A stretch of 64,000 nt of DNA, from positions 582,935 through 646,934 of the forward strand of contig CAYNPJ010000001.1 in assembly GCA_964399055.1 (NCBI GenBank), given 5' to 3'. Both the position numbers and the translations under genes were made by a program. Under the pieces are notes generated by a model that was not told the DNA's origin, did no database searches, and was given only the letters and a program-made list of their open reading frames with translations. This document shows positions 37,689 to 46,624 of this stretch, one piece after another (position 1 is the stretch's first letter; every line of letters starts with the position of its first letter). The DNA comes from an uncultured Ignavibacteria bacterium. Its GTDB lineage: Bacteria > Zixibacteria > MSB-5A5 > DSPP01 > RBG-1.

Positions 37689-38113
37689 TTGAAGAAGTAG
37701 CCGAAGGTGCCAAAAATCAAAAAGAGTTTAAGCAGGCGCCAGAGAAGTTGATGCAGCCAGAAAGTCAGGGATAGTTTCACTGAAGTAGCCAGCCAGAGCA
37801 TGTCCGGAAAAGAGCCCAGCATAAAGACCAAAAGAGCCACAAATAGGCCGGCTTTGATTCCGGAAAAAGGGATGAAGGAGAAAATCAGGCTGTAGATAAA
37901 ACCCGGGAGAATGACTTCCCACAAGATCGACTGCAGAATCAGTTCAAAAATATCTACCGGGTGAGTGCGGGCCGGCTTGATTACCACAGCCGGAACTGTC
38001 TCTGATACTTTCAGAGCCCGGGCGGTCAGGCGCGACAGAAAAATCGAGAGGGTCAAAAAAAGACTGGCCAAAAGAACGGAGAGAACAAAGGGCTGGATTA
38101 ACATCAAATCCAC
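37685..38113 (-). CDS. hypothetical polytopic membrane protein
   Basis: 142 aa with four hydrophobic helices. Overlaps both neighbours by 4 nt, indicating an operon. Confidence 0.35.
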   Translation of the reverse strand: MDLMLIQPFVLSVLLASLFLTLSIFLSRLTARALKVSETVPAVVIKPARTHPVDIFELILQSILWEVILPGFIYSLIFSFIPFSGIKAGLFVALLVFMLGSFPDMLWLATSVKLSLTFWLHQLLWRLLKLFLIFGTFGYFFN

Positions 38114-39087
38114 TTCTGCTCTCTATACCACAAAATTGTCTCTTGGGCGCCGGTTTTGAAATCATACTCAGGCTGAAAACCGAGTTCCTGCCTGGCCTTG
38201 GTGATGTCGCAGACCCAGAGCTGATAATTTAGCTCTTTAATCTTGCGCCGGGTGAGGTAAAAACTTTTCCTGGAAACTCTCGCCAAGATGTCGGCGCCTG
38301 CTGCCAGAATATACAAAATCCATTTGGGTACAGTCAGGTTGCGAAATTTTTTCCCCTGCACTTCAGCTAAAACTTTTCCAGCCTCCAGCCAGGTGTAAAC
38401 CTGACCGTCGCTTAAGAAATAAGGTTGTCCTAATGCTCGCCTGGATTCAGCGGCCAGGATGATGCCTTTGACCAGGTCTTTGACATGAATTAAGGAGAAA
38501 CGGTAGTCCCCTTTGCCCAAGACCGGCATAATCCCCCATTGAATGACCTTGAAAATGCTCAGAAGCTGTTTATCCCTGGGCCCGTAAATACCCGGCGGCC
38601 TAATCACCGTGACCGGAAATTTCTCCGAATAGTGAAAGGTCTCTCTTTCCCCGGCCAGCTTGCTCTGTCCATAAACCGAAGTGGGATTGCACAGGTCAGA
38701 TTCCTTTTTAGGCTTTCCATTAAGACTGGGCCCGGCAGCAGCCAGACTGGAGATGTAAACAAATCTCTTCAAAGGGAGATGATTTTCCCAGGCCACTTCC
38801 AAGAGATTTCTAGTCCCTTCATAGTTCACTTTGAGAAAAAGGGCCGGGTTATGGCTCTTAATCAAACCGGCGGTGTGAAAAATGTACTCGTAATCAACCA
38901 GAATTTTTTTCAGCGACTCTTTGTCCTGTATATCTCCGAAGACAAATTCTACTCCCTTGTCAACCAGCCAGTTCAGATTACTGCTCTTTCTGACCAGACA
39001 GTGGACTCTATAGCCCCGACGGACCAATTCTTCAGCCAGGTGGCTGCCTACAAAACCACTGGCGCCAGTTACCAGACAGAGAGACAT
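38104..39087 (-). CDS. NAD-dependent epimerase/dehydratase (extended SDR)
   Basis: Rossmann motif LVTGASGFVGSHLAEELVRRGYRV and catalytic YGQSK. Confidence 0.85.
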   Translation of the reverse strand: MSLCLVTGASGFVGSHLAEELVRRGYRVHCLVRKSSNLNWLVDKGVEFVFGDIQDKESLKKILVDYEYIFHTAGLIKSHNPALFLKVNYEGTRNLLEVAWENHLPLKRFVYISSLAAAGPSLNGKPKKESDLCNPTSVYGQSKLAGERETFHYSEKFPVTVIRPPGIYGPRDKQLLSIFKVIQWGIMPVLGKGDYRFSLIHVKDLVKGIILAAESRRALGQPYFLSDGQVYTWLEAGKVLAEVQGKKFRNLTVPKWILYILAAGADILARVSRKSFYLTRRKIKELNYQLWVCDITKARQELGFQPEYDFKTGAQETILWYREQKWI

Positions 39088-39169
39088 AATCCGCTTGACA
39101 AAAGTGTTTGTTTAGCCTAAGATAGGCAAGTTTTGCCGAAATGTAAACTGTCTTAACTTACTAAAATAT

Positions 39170-40357
39170 ATGGACATATTTCAGAAGTGCTACGGCTTTA
39201 CCGCAGCCAGGGAGGTGATGGCCTTAGGACTCTATCCTTACTTCCATCCCCTCTCCTCCGGGCAGGACACCGGCGTGGTCATTGACGGCAAGCCGATGAT
39301 AATGATCGGCTCCAACAATTACCTGGGCCTGACCTCCCATCCGGAAGTAAAAGAGGCGGCCATGAAAGCCGTGGAGACGTACGGCTCAGGCTGTTCCGGC
39401 TCCCGTTTTTTAAACGGCACTTTGGACCTGCACGTAGAATTAGAAGAAAAGTTGGCCAGATTTGTCAGAAAAGAGGCGGCTCTGGTCTTCTCCACCGGGT
39501 TCCAGACTAATCTTGGGACCATCTCCGCCTTGGTCACCAAGCATGATTACGTCATCACTGACCGGGCCGACCACGCCTCGATTTTCGACGCCTGCCGGCT
39601 CTCTTTCGGCGATACGATTAAATATAGGCACAACGACATGGAGGATTTAGAAAGGGTTTTAGCAGGCTTAGAAGAAGAAGCCGGCAAGTTAATCGTGGTC
39701 GACGGCGTATTCTCCATGGAAGGAGATTTAGCCAATCTGCCGGAAATCGTGCGCATAGGCAAAAAGTACGGGGCCAGAATCATGGTGGACGACGCGCACG
39801 GTATTGGCGTCATGGGGAAAAATGGCCGGGGAACTGCCGAGCACTTCGGCGTGGAAGATAAAGTTGATTTAATCATGGGAACCTTCTCCAAGTCTTTTGC
39901 CTCCTTGGGCGGATTCATTGCCGGAGAAGAGGCGGTCATCCACTATCTCAAACACATTTCCCGGGAGCTGATTTTTTCGGCCTCCATGCCTCCGGCTGCA
40001 GTGGCCGCCACTCTCAAGGCCCTGGAAATCATCCAGAAAGAGCCGGAGAGAAGAGCCCGTTTATGGGAAATTACTCACCGGATGCACCGGGAGTATCGCA
40101 AATTAGGTTTCGACATCGGCCCGACCGAAACCCCGGTTATCCCCATTCTAATCGGAGAGGATATGGACACCTTCCGCTTCTGGAGGGAGCTGTTCGACAG
40201 CGGAATCTTTGCCAACCCCATCATCTCTCCGGCAGTCCCCAAAGGCAAGGCTTTAATCCGCACCAGCTATACTGCTACCCACACTGACCAGCAGATGGAC
40301 AAGGTTCTAAAGGTCTTCGCCTGCGTGGGAAAGAAATTAGGCGTACTGCGCAATTAG
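39170..40357 (+). CDS. alpha-oxoamine synthase family PLP enzyme (8-amino-7-oxononanoate synthase / serine palmitoyltransferase-like)
   Basis: Class II aminotransferase with GTFSKSF PLP-lysine region. Typical BioF/Kbl/Spt length and conservation. Confidence 0.8.
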   Translation: MDIFQKCYGFTAAREVMALGLYPYFHPLSSGQDTGVVIDGKPMIMIGSNNYLGLTSHPEVKEAAMKAVETYGSGCSGSRFLNGTLDLHVELEEKLARFVRKEAALVFSTGFQTNLGTISALVTKHDYVITDRADHASIFDACRLSFGDTIKYRHNDMEDLERVLAGLEEEAGKLIVVDGVFSMEGDLANLPEIVRIGKKYGARIMVDDAHGIGVMGKNGRGTAEHFGVEDKVDLIMGTFSKSFASLGGFIAGEEAVIHYLKHISRELIFSASMPPAAVAATLKALEIIQKEPERRARLWEITHRMHREYRKLGFDIGPTETPVIPILIGEDMDTFRFWRELFDSGIFANPIISPAVPKGKALIRTSYTATHTDQQMDKVLKVFACVGKKLGVLRN

Positions 40358-40363
40358 ACTTGC

Positions 40364-41482
40364 GTGCCGATTCGAGAAGTCCGCAATAAATTAGACCTAA
40401 GGAAATTCACTCTCCTCCCCTGGAAAATCTATAAGAAAGACCCACACTGGGTGGCGCCCTTAATCTCAGAGCGCCTGAGATTTTTCAGCCCTAACAGAAA
40501 TCCCTTTTTCAAGCACGCGGAGGTAAAATATTTCTTAGCCGAGAAGAACTCTAAAGTTGTGGGCCGCATCGCCGGCATAGTCAATCACGCGCACAATCAG
40601 TATCACCAGGATAAGGTAGGCTTCTTCGGACATTTTGAGTGCACCGATGACTATGAAGTCGCCTTAGAACTCTTCGATGCTGCTAAAGAATTTCTTAAGT
40701 CCAAGGACATGGAATACATGCGGGGCCCGGCCAATTTCTCCTCCAATGACGATATGGGCTTCTTGGCCGAAGGGTTTGATTCGCCGCCGGTCTTGATGAT
40801 GCCTTACAATCCGCCTTACTATTTAGAGTTTGCGGAAAGATACGCCATGAACAAGGTCAAGGACTTATACGCCCTGTACATGCACAAGGAGAGCCTACCC
40901 CCGGAGAGAATGAATGCCATAGCAGAGAGAATCAAAAGAAATGAAAAGATTACCATTCGGAAGATTGACCCCAAGAATCTGGAAAAAGAAATCACTTTAA
41001 TCAAGGAAATCTACAACTCGGCCTGGAGCAAGAACTGGGGCTTTGTCCCCATGACTGAAGAGGAGATTGATTTCTTGGCTGACGACCTGAAGAAGGTTTT
41101 AGACCCGGATATCGCTTATTTAGCTTTCGTGGAAGATAAACCTGCCGGATTCTCTTTATCCCTGCCGAACATCAATCCGGTCTTGCAGAAACTGAAAGGG
41201 AGCATCTTGCCTTTGGGGTGGCTGAAGTATCTCTGGTACACCAAGGTCAATAATTTAGTCGATGGACTGCGGGTGATTACCTTAGGGGTGAAGCCGGAGT
41301 ATCAGAAAAAGGGGATTGACGTGGTCTTCTATGTGGAGACTTTTCAAAAGGGGATAGCAAAGGGATACAACTGGGGGGAGTTTAGCTGGATTTTGGAGGA
41401 CAACTACCTGATTATTAAGCCCTTGGAGGCGATGGGGGCGAGGGTGTATAAGGTGTATAGGATGTATGAGATGAGGATTTAG
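40364..41482 (+). CDS. hypothetical protein, possibly a GNAT-fold (FemAB/BioF2-like) acyltransferase
   Basis: 372 aa, coupled to the alpha-oxoamine synthase. Weak resemblance to FemAB-like acyltransferases. Assignment uncertain. Confidence 0.3.
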   Translation: MPIREVRNKLDLRKFTLLPWKIYKKDPHWVAPLISERLRFFSPNRNPFFKHAEVKYFLAEKNSKVVGRIAGIVNHAHNQYHQDKVGFFGHFECTDDYEVALELFDAAKEFLKSKDMEYMRGPANFSSNDDMGFLAEGFDSPPVLMMPYNPPYYLEFAERYAMNKVKDLYALYMHKESLPPERMNAIAERIKRNEKITIRKIDPKNLEKEITLIKEIYNSAWSKNWGFVPMTEEEIDFLADDLKKVLDPDIAYLAFVEDKPAGFSLSLPNINPVLQKLKGSILPLGWLKYLWYTKVNNLVDGLRVITLGVKPEYQKKGIDVVFYVETFQKGIAKGYNWGEFSWILEDNYLIIKPLEAMGARVYKVYRMYEMRI

Positions 41483-41588
41483 AGATGGCAAGTCCGAGCT
41501 TATACTCTCGTACCGCTCACGTTATCTTCTTGTAAAACAATAACATAGCACTGACGTCTTCTAGATCTAAAAATATAATAGATTTTTC

Positions 41589-41617
41589 TTGACAGTTCGT
41601 ATATGTTAGGTATATTT
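41589..41617 (+). promoter_or_regulatory. sigma70-like promoter for the AT-rich three-gene operon
   Basis: TTGACA, 16-nt spacer, then TATATT, about 40 nt upstream of the 41659 start. Confidence 0.3.
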
Positions 41618-41658
41618 GTAATAGTTAACGATATTTCAAAATATAGCACATATTTATT

Positions 41659-41874
41659 ATGGATGAAAACAAAAGAGACAGGTTCTTAAGATTAGCAGCA
41701 AAACGAACGAATTCGATCTTAAAAAAGATTCGCGTATTAGGTAACTGTGCTAATAGAAATTACTACGAATACACAGAAGAGGACTTGCGGAAAATATTCG
41801 CGGCTATTGAGAAGCAGCTTCAAGCTGTAAAGTCGAAATTTCAGCCTTCAGGGGAAAGGGAGTTCAAACTCTGA
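41659..41874 (+). CDS. hypothetical small protein (first gene of island operon)
   Basis: 71 aa, helical and basic (FLRLAAKRTNSILKKIRVLGN). Stop overlaps the next start (TGATG). Low GC. Confidence 0.4.
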   Translation: MDENKRDRFLRLAAKRTNSILKKIRVLGNCANRNYYEYTEEDLRKIFAAIEKQLQAVKSKFQPSGEREFKL

Positions 41875-42572
41875 TGCAGCCGATACATGAAATGTTCCCG
41901 GGGTTACCTGAGTTTTCACCAGATACCTACTTGAAGATTGGCATGGATGATTTGGTAACTGTATCGCTTCACTTTCTATTGGAATCAGGAAAGCCACCCA
42001 CTTTTGAGAACTTAGTTGCGCTTGCTTACTCATTGTTTCCCCAACGATTTTCGATGGTTGGTTATGCTCAGTGGCCCGATTCTGCAATTATTAACAAATG
42101 TTGGCTTAGGTGCAGGACTGATAAGAAGCTGATTTCTGGAAACGTTGCATCCGGTTTTCAACTCACGCCAAAGGGCAAGTTCGTTACAGAAAAAACGCTC
42201 GCGAAACTTCTACCTTCGTTGGAATTTGACAAAGACGGAAAAGGAAAACTTCAGAGAAAAGGCGGAGACAGAAGGACAGCAGCCGGGCGAGTGGTTTCTA
42301 GGGTCGAAAAAAGTACTGCATTCAATAAGTACAAGTCTGATGGTCACGTTGAAAACGTATCAGAGTACGAACTCTGTGATATTCTGTACTGCACTTTAGA
42401 AAGTTCCGCAGAGACTCTTAAAAAAAATTATGAGTTGGTCAGCCAATATTTAAAGGAGTATTCCAGAGATGACTTGGTCAAATTCATCGACATGCTCAAA
42501 GTAAAATTCAGCAGTAAATTTCTGGCCTCTAAAATTCGTGGCGGAATGCTTCCAAAGAAAGGGCATTGTTGA
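41874..42572 (+). CDS. hypothetical protein (second gene of island operon)
   Basis: 232 aa, no recognisable motif. Translationally coupled on both sides. Confidence 0.45.
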   Translation: MQPIHEMFPGLPEFSPDTYLKIGMDDLVTVSLHFLLESGKPPTFENLVALAYSLFPQRFSMVGYAQWPDSAIINKCWLRCRTDKKLISGNVASGFQLTPKGKFVTEKTLAKLLPSLEFDKDGKGKLQRKGGDRRTAAGRVVSRVEKSTAFNKYKSDGHVENVSEYELCDILYCTLESSAETLKKNYELVSQYLKEYSRDDLVKFIDMLKVKFSSKFLASKIRGGMLPKKGHC

Positions 42573-42583
42573 AGGAGTATAGC

Positions 42584-44467
42584 ATGGTAATACTTCAAAA
42601 GAAGAAACTCCAAGCGAGTTCAAGGGCGTTTCAAACTCTAGCATCTCAAGCAATAGGAAATGACCTTCTAAAGGGCTTAGTTGAACTTATAACAAATAGT
42701 GATGATAGTTATTTTCGACTTGAGAAAAATGGTGTAACGACTTCCGGTAAAATAGAGATCGAAATTGAGAGACGGCCCAGAAGTAGACAAACTTTGGTGC
42801 GAGTTCGGGACTTCGCACAGGGTATGGATAATCAGCAGATGGATGAATGTATTGCTCATAATGGTGATGATGTTAGTGGCGACACTGGACGAGGCTTTTT
42901 TGGTATGGGTTTAAAAGATACGATCATAAATTTTGGCAAAGGAGAAATTTATTCAGTCAAAGACGGTAGATATTATAAATGTCGACTTGAAGGAGATGAT
43001 TTTACTCCATTTCTACCACAAAGGGTTGATGCCAAGCTAAGGAAGGAACTCGGCATTGCAAATAATGGTACTCTCGTCTCGATTTTAGTCATGAATCCTA
43101 GAGTGAGGATACCTCAATTCGATACCTTGCGCGAAGATTTACAAAACCATGTTCTATTAAGATTGATAATGAAGGATCCAAATAGAACTATAATCCTCCG
43201 CGACCTGCGTACCGGCACAGAAAATACCTTATTCTACCAGGAACCAGAAATAGAAGAGATTTTGTACGACGATAATTTTGGATTGGATGACTATCCTGAG
43301 GCGGACCTCCATCTTACAATTAAAAAGGCTAGGGGAGCTTTCCAATTGAGTCAAAATGGCTCTTGTAGAACAGGTGGAATATTATTTACAACTAGAAGAA
43401 CGGTTCATGAATCTACGATGTTGGAATATGATTCAGACCCTTTTGCGGCGAAACTATTTGGGGAGCTGAGATGTGAATACATTTACGAATTGCAAAAAAC
43501 AGCCGAACCAGTCGTAGACCGAAATAGGGATGGACTGAGAAGAAATCATCCTTTCACTAGATCCTTATTTAGGAAAATATTTCAGATATTAAAATTGATA
43601 GTTGATGACGAGAAACAAAAGCAAAAAGACCGTGAACGTGAATTAGAAAATGAAAACACGCGACGTCGATTTCGAGAAGCAGTACGTGAGTTGAATCAAA
43701 TTGCTTCAGTAGAGCTAGAGGATATCGGTGGTCTCGGTCCTGGCCCTGGCCCGATTACGAAAAAGCCGAAGTTTCCTGCAAATGATTTTGAATTCATTCC
43801 CGATACGTATAGGATAGTTGTTGGAAAACGCCAGGATTTGAATCTCAGGTTAATGCTGGGCCCGCTTCTGCGCACTGGTTCTATTGTAAATTTCTCGACG
43901 GAATGTACGGGTCTAACTGTGATTAATCCGGTAGAGAAAATACCAGAATCGGACGATTCGACATTGCCGGTTAATATGAAGGTGACAATAGAGGCTCATA
44001 GGCATGGGGCAGAGGGGTTTGTGGCTGCCTCCTGCGGCGACAAAAAAGCCGTTGCTCTCGTTGAGGTAGTTTCTCTTCCAGACGATATTGAAAGACCCCA
44101 TCAACCGAGGAGAGCTGGACTATTCAGAGATATCAAGTACGAGAACCAGGACAATGTTCAACGGGCAAGATTTGAACAAGCTACAGGGATTATCTACATA
44201 AATACATCTGCGCCGTCGGTAAGGCTGTATTTTGGCCCTGAGGGTGAGGGTCAAGACCTAGGTCCTAATAGAGTATTACAGGCTGAGCTTGTAACTGAGC
44301 TCGCATGTAGAGAGATAGCCAAGATTAAGCAGTCAAAATCGCTTATTGATCTCCCGCCCGGCATTGAGCCAATAGACGCGTTTTACAATGAGATCAACAG
44401 GCTAAAGGGAGCATACGCGGAAAAAATTCATGAATGTCTTGTCGATTCAAAATTCAGAAGAAGTTGA
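42584..44467 (+). CDS. GHKL/Bergerat-fold ATPase-domain protein (HATPase_c-like N-terminus, large unknown C-terminal region)
   Basis: RBS AAGGAG before the ATG at 42584. N-box-like LVELITNSDDS, then G1/G2-like HNGDDVSGDTGRGFFGMGLKD. Roughly 450 aa of uncharacterised C-terminal sequence. Confidence 0.55.
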   Translation: MVILQKKKLQASSRAFQTLASQAIGNDLLKGLVELITNSDDSYFRLEKNGVTTSGKIEIEIERRPRSRQTLVRVRDFAQGMDNQQMDECIAHNGDDVSGDTGRGFFGMGLKDTIINFGKGEIYSVKDGRYYKCRLEGDDFTPFLPQRVDAKLRKELGIANNGTLVSILVMNPRVRIPQFDTLREDLQNHVLLRLIMKDPNRTIILRDLRTGTENTLFYQEPEIEEILYDDNFGLDDYPEADLHLTIKKARGAFQLSQNGSCRTGGILFTTRRTVHESTMLEYDSDPFAAKLFGELRCEYIYELQKTAEPVVDRNRDGLRRNHPFTRSLFRKIFQILKLIVDDEKQKQKDRERELENENTRRRFREAVRELNQIASVELEDIGGLGPGPGPITKKPKFPANDFEFIPDTYRIVVGKRQDLNLRLMLGPLLRTGSIVNFSTECTGLTVINPVEKIPESDDSTLPVNMKVTIEAHRHGAEGFVAASCGDKKAVALVEVVSLPDDIERPHQPRRAGLFRDIKYENQDNVQRARFEQATGIIYINTSAPSVRLYFGPEGEGQDLGPNRVLQAELVTELACREIAKIKQSKSLIDLPPGIEPIDAFYNEINRLKGAYAEKIHECLVDSKFRRS

Positions 44468-44585
44468 TTCCCTAGCTTGGCCGGATAATAAAAATCTTAA
44501 AATTGCTGCGACAATACATAAAGCCAGCCCTTATTTATAGTTCAACAAGTTCACTATAAGAGGACTGGCCTTCGGTCAGCATCCT

Positions 44586-44634
44586 TCGACTGCGCTCGGT
44601 ATATGCTGAGGCGGTAGGATTCGAACCTACAATC
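44586..44634 (-). repeat. direct repeat of the tRNA-Asn 3' end plus downstream flank (att-like remnant A)
   Basis: TTCGACTGCGCTCGGTATATGCTGAGGCGGTAGGATTCGAACCTACAATC matches the 3' 29 nt and flank of the tRNA at 48457-48528. Confidence 0.55.
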
Positions 44635-44703
44635 CTTCCCCAGAGCTTGCTATTGTATTCAAGACCGAGTAACTTACCCCCCAGACCATTCAAATTGAGA
44701 GAC

Positions 44704-46332
44704 ATGAAAAACGCCTTACTAATCTGTCCTGAATTCTCGCCCCTGGGATTCTGGAACTACAAGGGCGTTTGCAGATTAGTCGGGGCCAAATATCCGGCTG
44801 CGCCTCTGGGGATCATAACTCTGGCGGCGCTTCTGCCGCAGGAATGGGATATCAGGCTGATCGACATGAACGTAACCGAATTACATGATTCTGATATCGA
44901 ATGGGCCGACCTGGTTTTTATCGGGGGCATGCTGCCGCAGCAGGTTGCGTTTTTGAAGCTGATTGACAGGGTTCACGCCCGCGGTAAGAGAGTTGTTTCC
45001 GGCGGGCCTGACCCAACCTCACAACCCGAAGTCTATAAGAGTTCTGATTATCTGGTTTTAGGTGAAGCCGAAGATACTATCCATTCATTCCTGAATGATC
45101 TATACCGGGGCGCGCAGAAAGGGGTATATTTCCCATCTGAGAATAGACCTGACCTTAGCAGCAGTCCTGTTCCACGGTTTGATTTACTCACTTTTAATGA
45201 TTACCTGATGGTCGGCATCCAGTTTTCCCGGGGCTGTCCCTATAACTGTGAATTCTGCGATATAATTGAGCTTTACGGCCGGGTACCGCGTACAAAATCA
45301 CCTCAGCAAATTGTAAACGAGCTTGGTGTACTTTACGACCTGGGGTACAGAGGTCATATTGATTTTGTAGATGACAATTTCATAGGCCATAAAGGAAAAG
45401 TAAAACAGACTCTGAGAGAGCTCAAGAAATGGTCGCAGGCACATAATTATCCATTTTTCTTCTCGACCGAGGCGTCTGTTAATCTCGCAGATGACCAGGA
45501 GCTTCTCGGACTGATGCGGGATATAGACTTCAGGTACGTATTCATTGGCATAGAATCGGTAAGCGAGGAAGTACTGCGATCCAATCAGAAAAGACAGAAC
45601 CTCAATCGAAAGCTCTCTGACGATCTTCATAAAATCTACAATTATGGAATGGTGGTTAACGGGGGCTATATCGTCGGATTCGATAATGAAACCAGCCAGA
45701 CCACCAGGCTAATTGCCGACTCTATCGAACAGAGTAAGATATGTATGGCTATGGTAGGTTTGCTATACGCCCTCCCCGGTACTCAGCTGACTCGTAGACT
45801 GGAACAAGAAAACCGGCTATCTGAGCATAGCAACCGGTTGGATCCAGGCAACCGGGATAACGTTGACCAGGGCACCAGCGGACTTAATTTTGCCACCCAA
45901 AGACCCAGAAATGAGATAATAGATGATTTTGTGTACATACTGAAGAAAACATACAATGCAAGGAAATACTTCAATAGATGTTTGAGGCTGGGCCGGGCCT
46001 TGAAAGTCAGTAGGAAACACCGGCCTCCATTTTCCAGGAAAGTGATCGCCGCGCGTGCCTTAATCCGGCTGGTCAGACAGCTGGGGTTCTGGCCTTCGAC
46101 CGCTTACTATTTTTGGAGAAACAGCCTGATCATGTTGCTGGTCCGCCCGTCCGCTTTAGCTGAAGTAGTCAATCTTATGGCGATGTACATTCATTTTAGC
46201 AAACAATCAGAATATATCATTGAGCTGATGGCTCGTAATTCGCGGAATGGCGATGAACTGGATAAAGCGGCCACTGCCGCTGTGGCGAAGGAAGCAAAAG
46301 AGATTCTCAGCGGTCAGCCTAACCATCACTGA
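44704..46332 (+). CDS. B12-binding domain radical SAM protein
   Basis: N-terminal cobalamin-binding-like domain (ALLICPEF...IGGMLP). Radical SAM CxxxCxxC SRGCPYNCEFCDI. Start set at the internal ATG 44704. Confidence 0.8.
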   Translation: MKNALLICPEFSPLGFWNYKGVCRLVGAKYPAAPLGIITLAALLPQEWDIRLIDMNVTELHDSDIEWADLVFIGGMLPQQVAFLKLIDRVHARGKRVVSGGPDPTSQPEVYKSSDYLVLGEAEDTIHSFLNDLYRGAQKGVYFPSENRPDLSSSPVPRFDLLTFNDYLMVGIQFSRGCPYNCEFCDIIELYGRVPRTKSPQQIVNELGVLYDLGYRGHIDFVDDNFIGHKGKVKQTLRELKKWSQAHNYPFFFSTEASVNLADDQELLGLMRDIDFRYVFIGIESVSEEVLRSNQKRQNLNRKLSDDLHKIYNYGMVVNGGYIVGFDNETSQTTRLIADSIEQSKICMAMVGLLYALPGTQLTRRLEQENRLSEHSNRLDPGNRDNVDQGTSGLNFATQRPRNEIIDDFVYILKKTYNARKYFNRCLRLGRALKVSRKHRPPFSRKVIAARALIRLVRQLGFWPSTAYYFWRNSLIMLLVRPSALAEVVNLMAMYIHFSKQSEYIIELMARNSRNGDELDKAATAAVAKEAKEILSGQPNHH

Positions 46333-46477
46333 GGCGGTAGGATTGGCCTGTTCCGCCTTCGGCTCTGTCTTCGACCCTGAGGCTCAGACCCGAAGGGAGG
46401 TCCTCGACTCGAAGAGAGCCAGCCGAAGGCTACGTCGAGGAAAACCTACAATCTTCCGGTTAACAGCCGGCTGCACT
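46329..46477 (-). repeat. tRNA-Asn fragment (3' end through D-arm), interrupted by a roughly 100-nt MITE-like insertion in the T-loop (att-like remnant B)
   Basis: CTGAGGCGGTAGGATT [insert 46345-46444] CCTACAATCTTCCGGTTAACAGCCGGCTGCACT is identical to the tRNA at 48457-48528 over 16 plus 34 nt, but diverges in the acceptor 5' strand. Confidence 0.5.
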
Positions 46478-46624
46478 CCCCTGGTGCCAATTAGAGCGAG
46501 ATCAAAGCCGGCTCTACATTAGCAAGCTCAAAAAAAGCGTTGACATTCCCAATATTCGGCCTAAATTTCAATAGAGGTCGTTTCAGCCTATTTAGATAGT
46601 AAACTAACAGCCAAGGAGGAATAT

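Noticed and set aside
44586-44634. A second full tRNA gene here
   Set aside because: Only the 3' 29 nt (variable loop, T-arm and acceptor 3' strand) match. No 5' acceptor, D-arm or anticodon arm can be folded, so it is an att-type partial duplicate
44647-44703. TTG start for the radical SAM gene
   Set aside because: The N-terminal 19 aa are Pro/Arg-rich junk overlapping the tRNA-repeat region. The ATG at 44704 gives the typical B12-binding-domain start (MKNALLICPEF)
46247-46522. 91-aa ORF spanning the end of the rSAM gene and the tRNA fragment
   Set aside because: Lies across a MITE insertion and a tRNA remnant and is Arg/Ala-rich. Almost certainly non-coding
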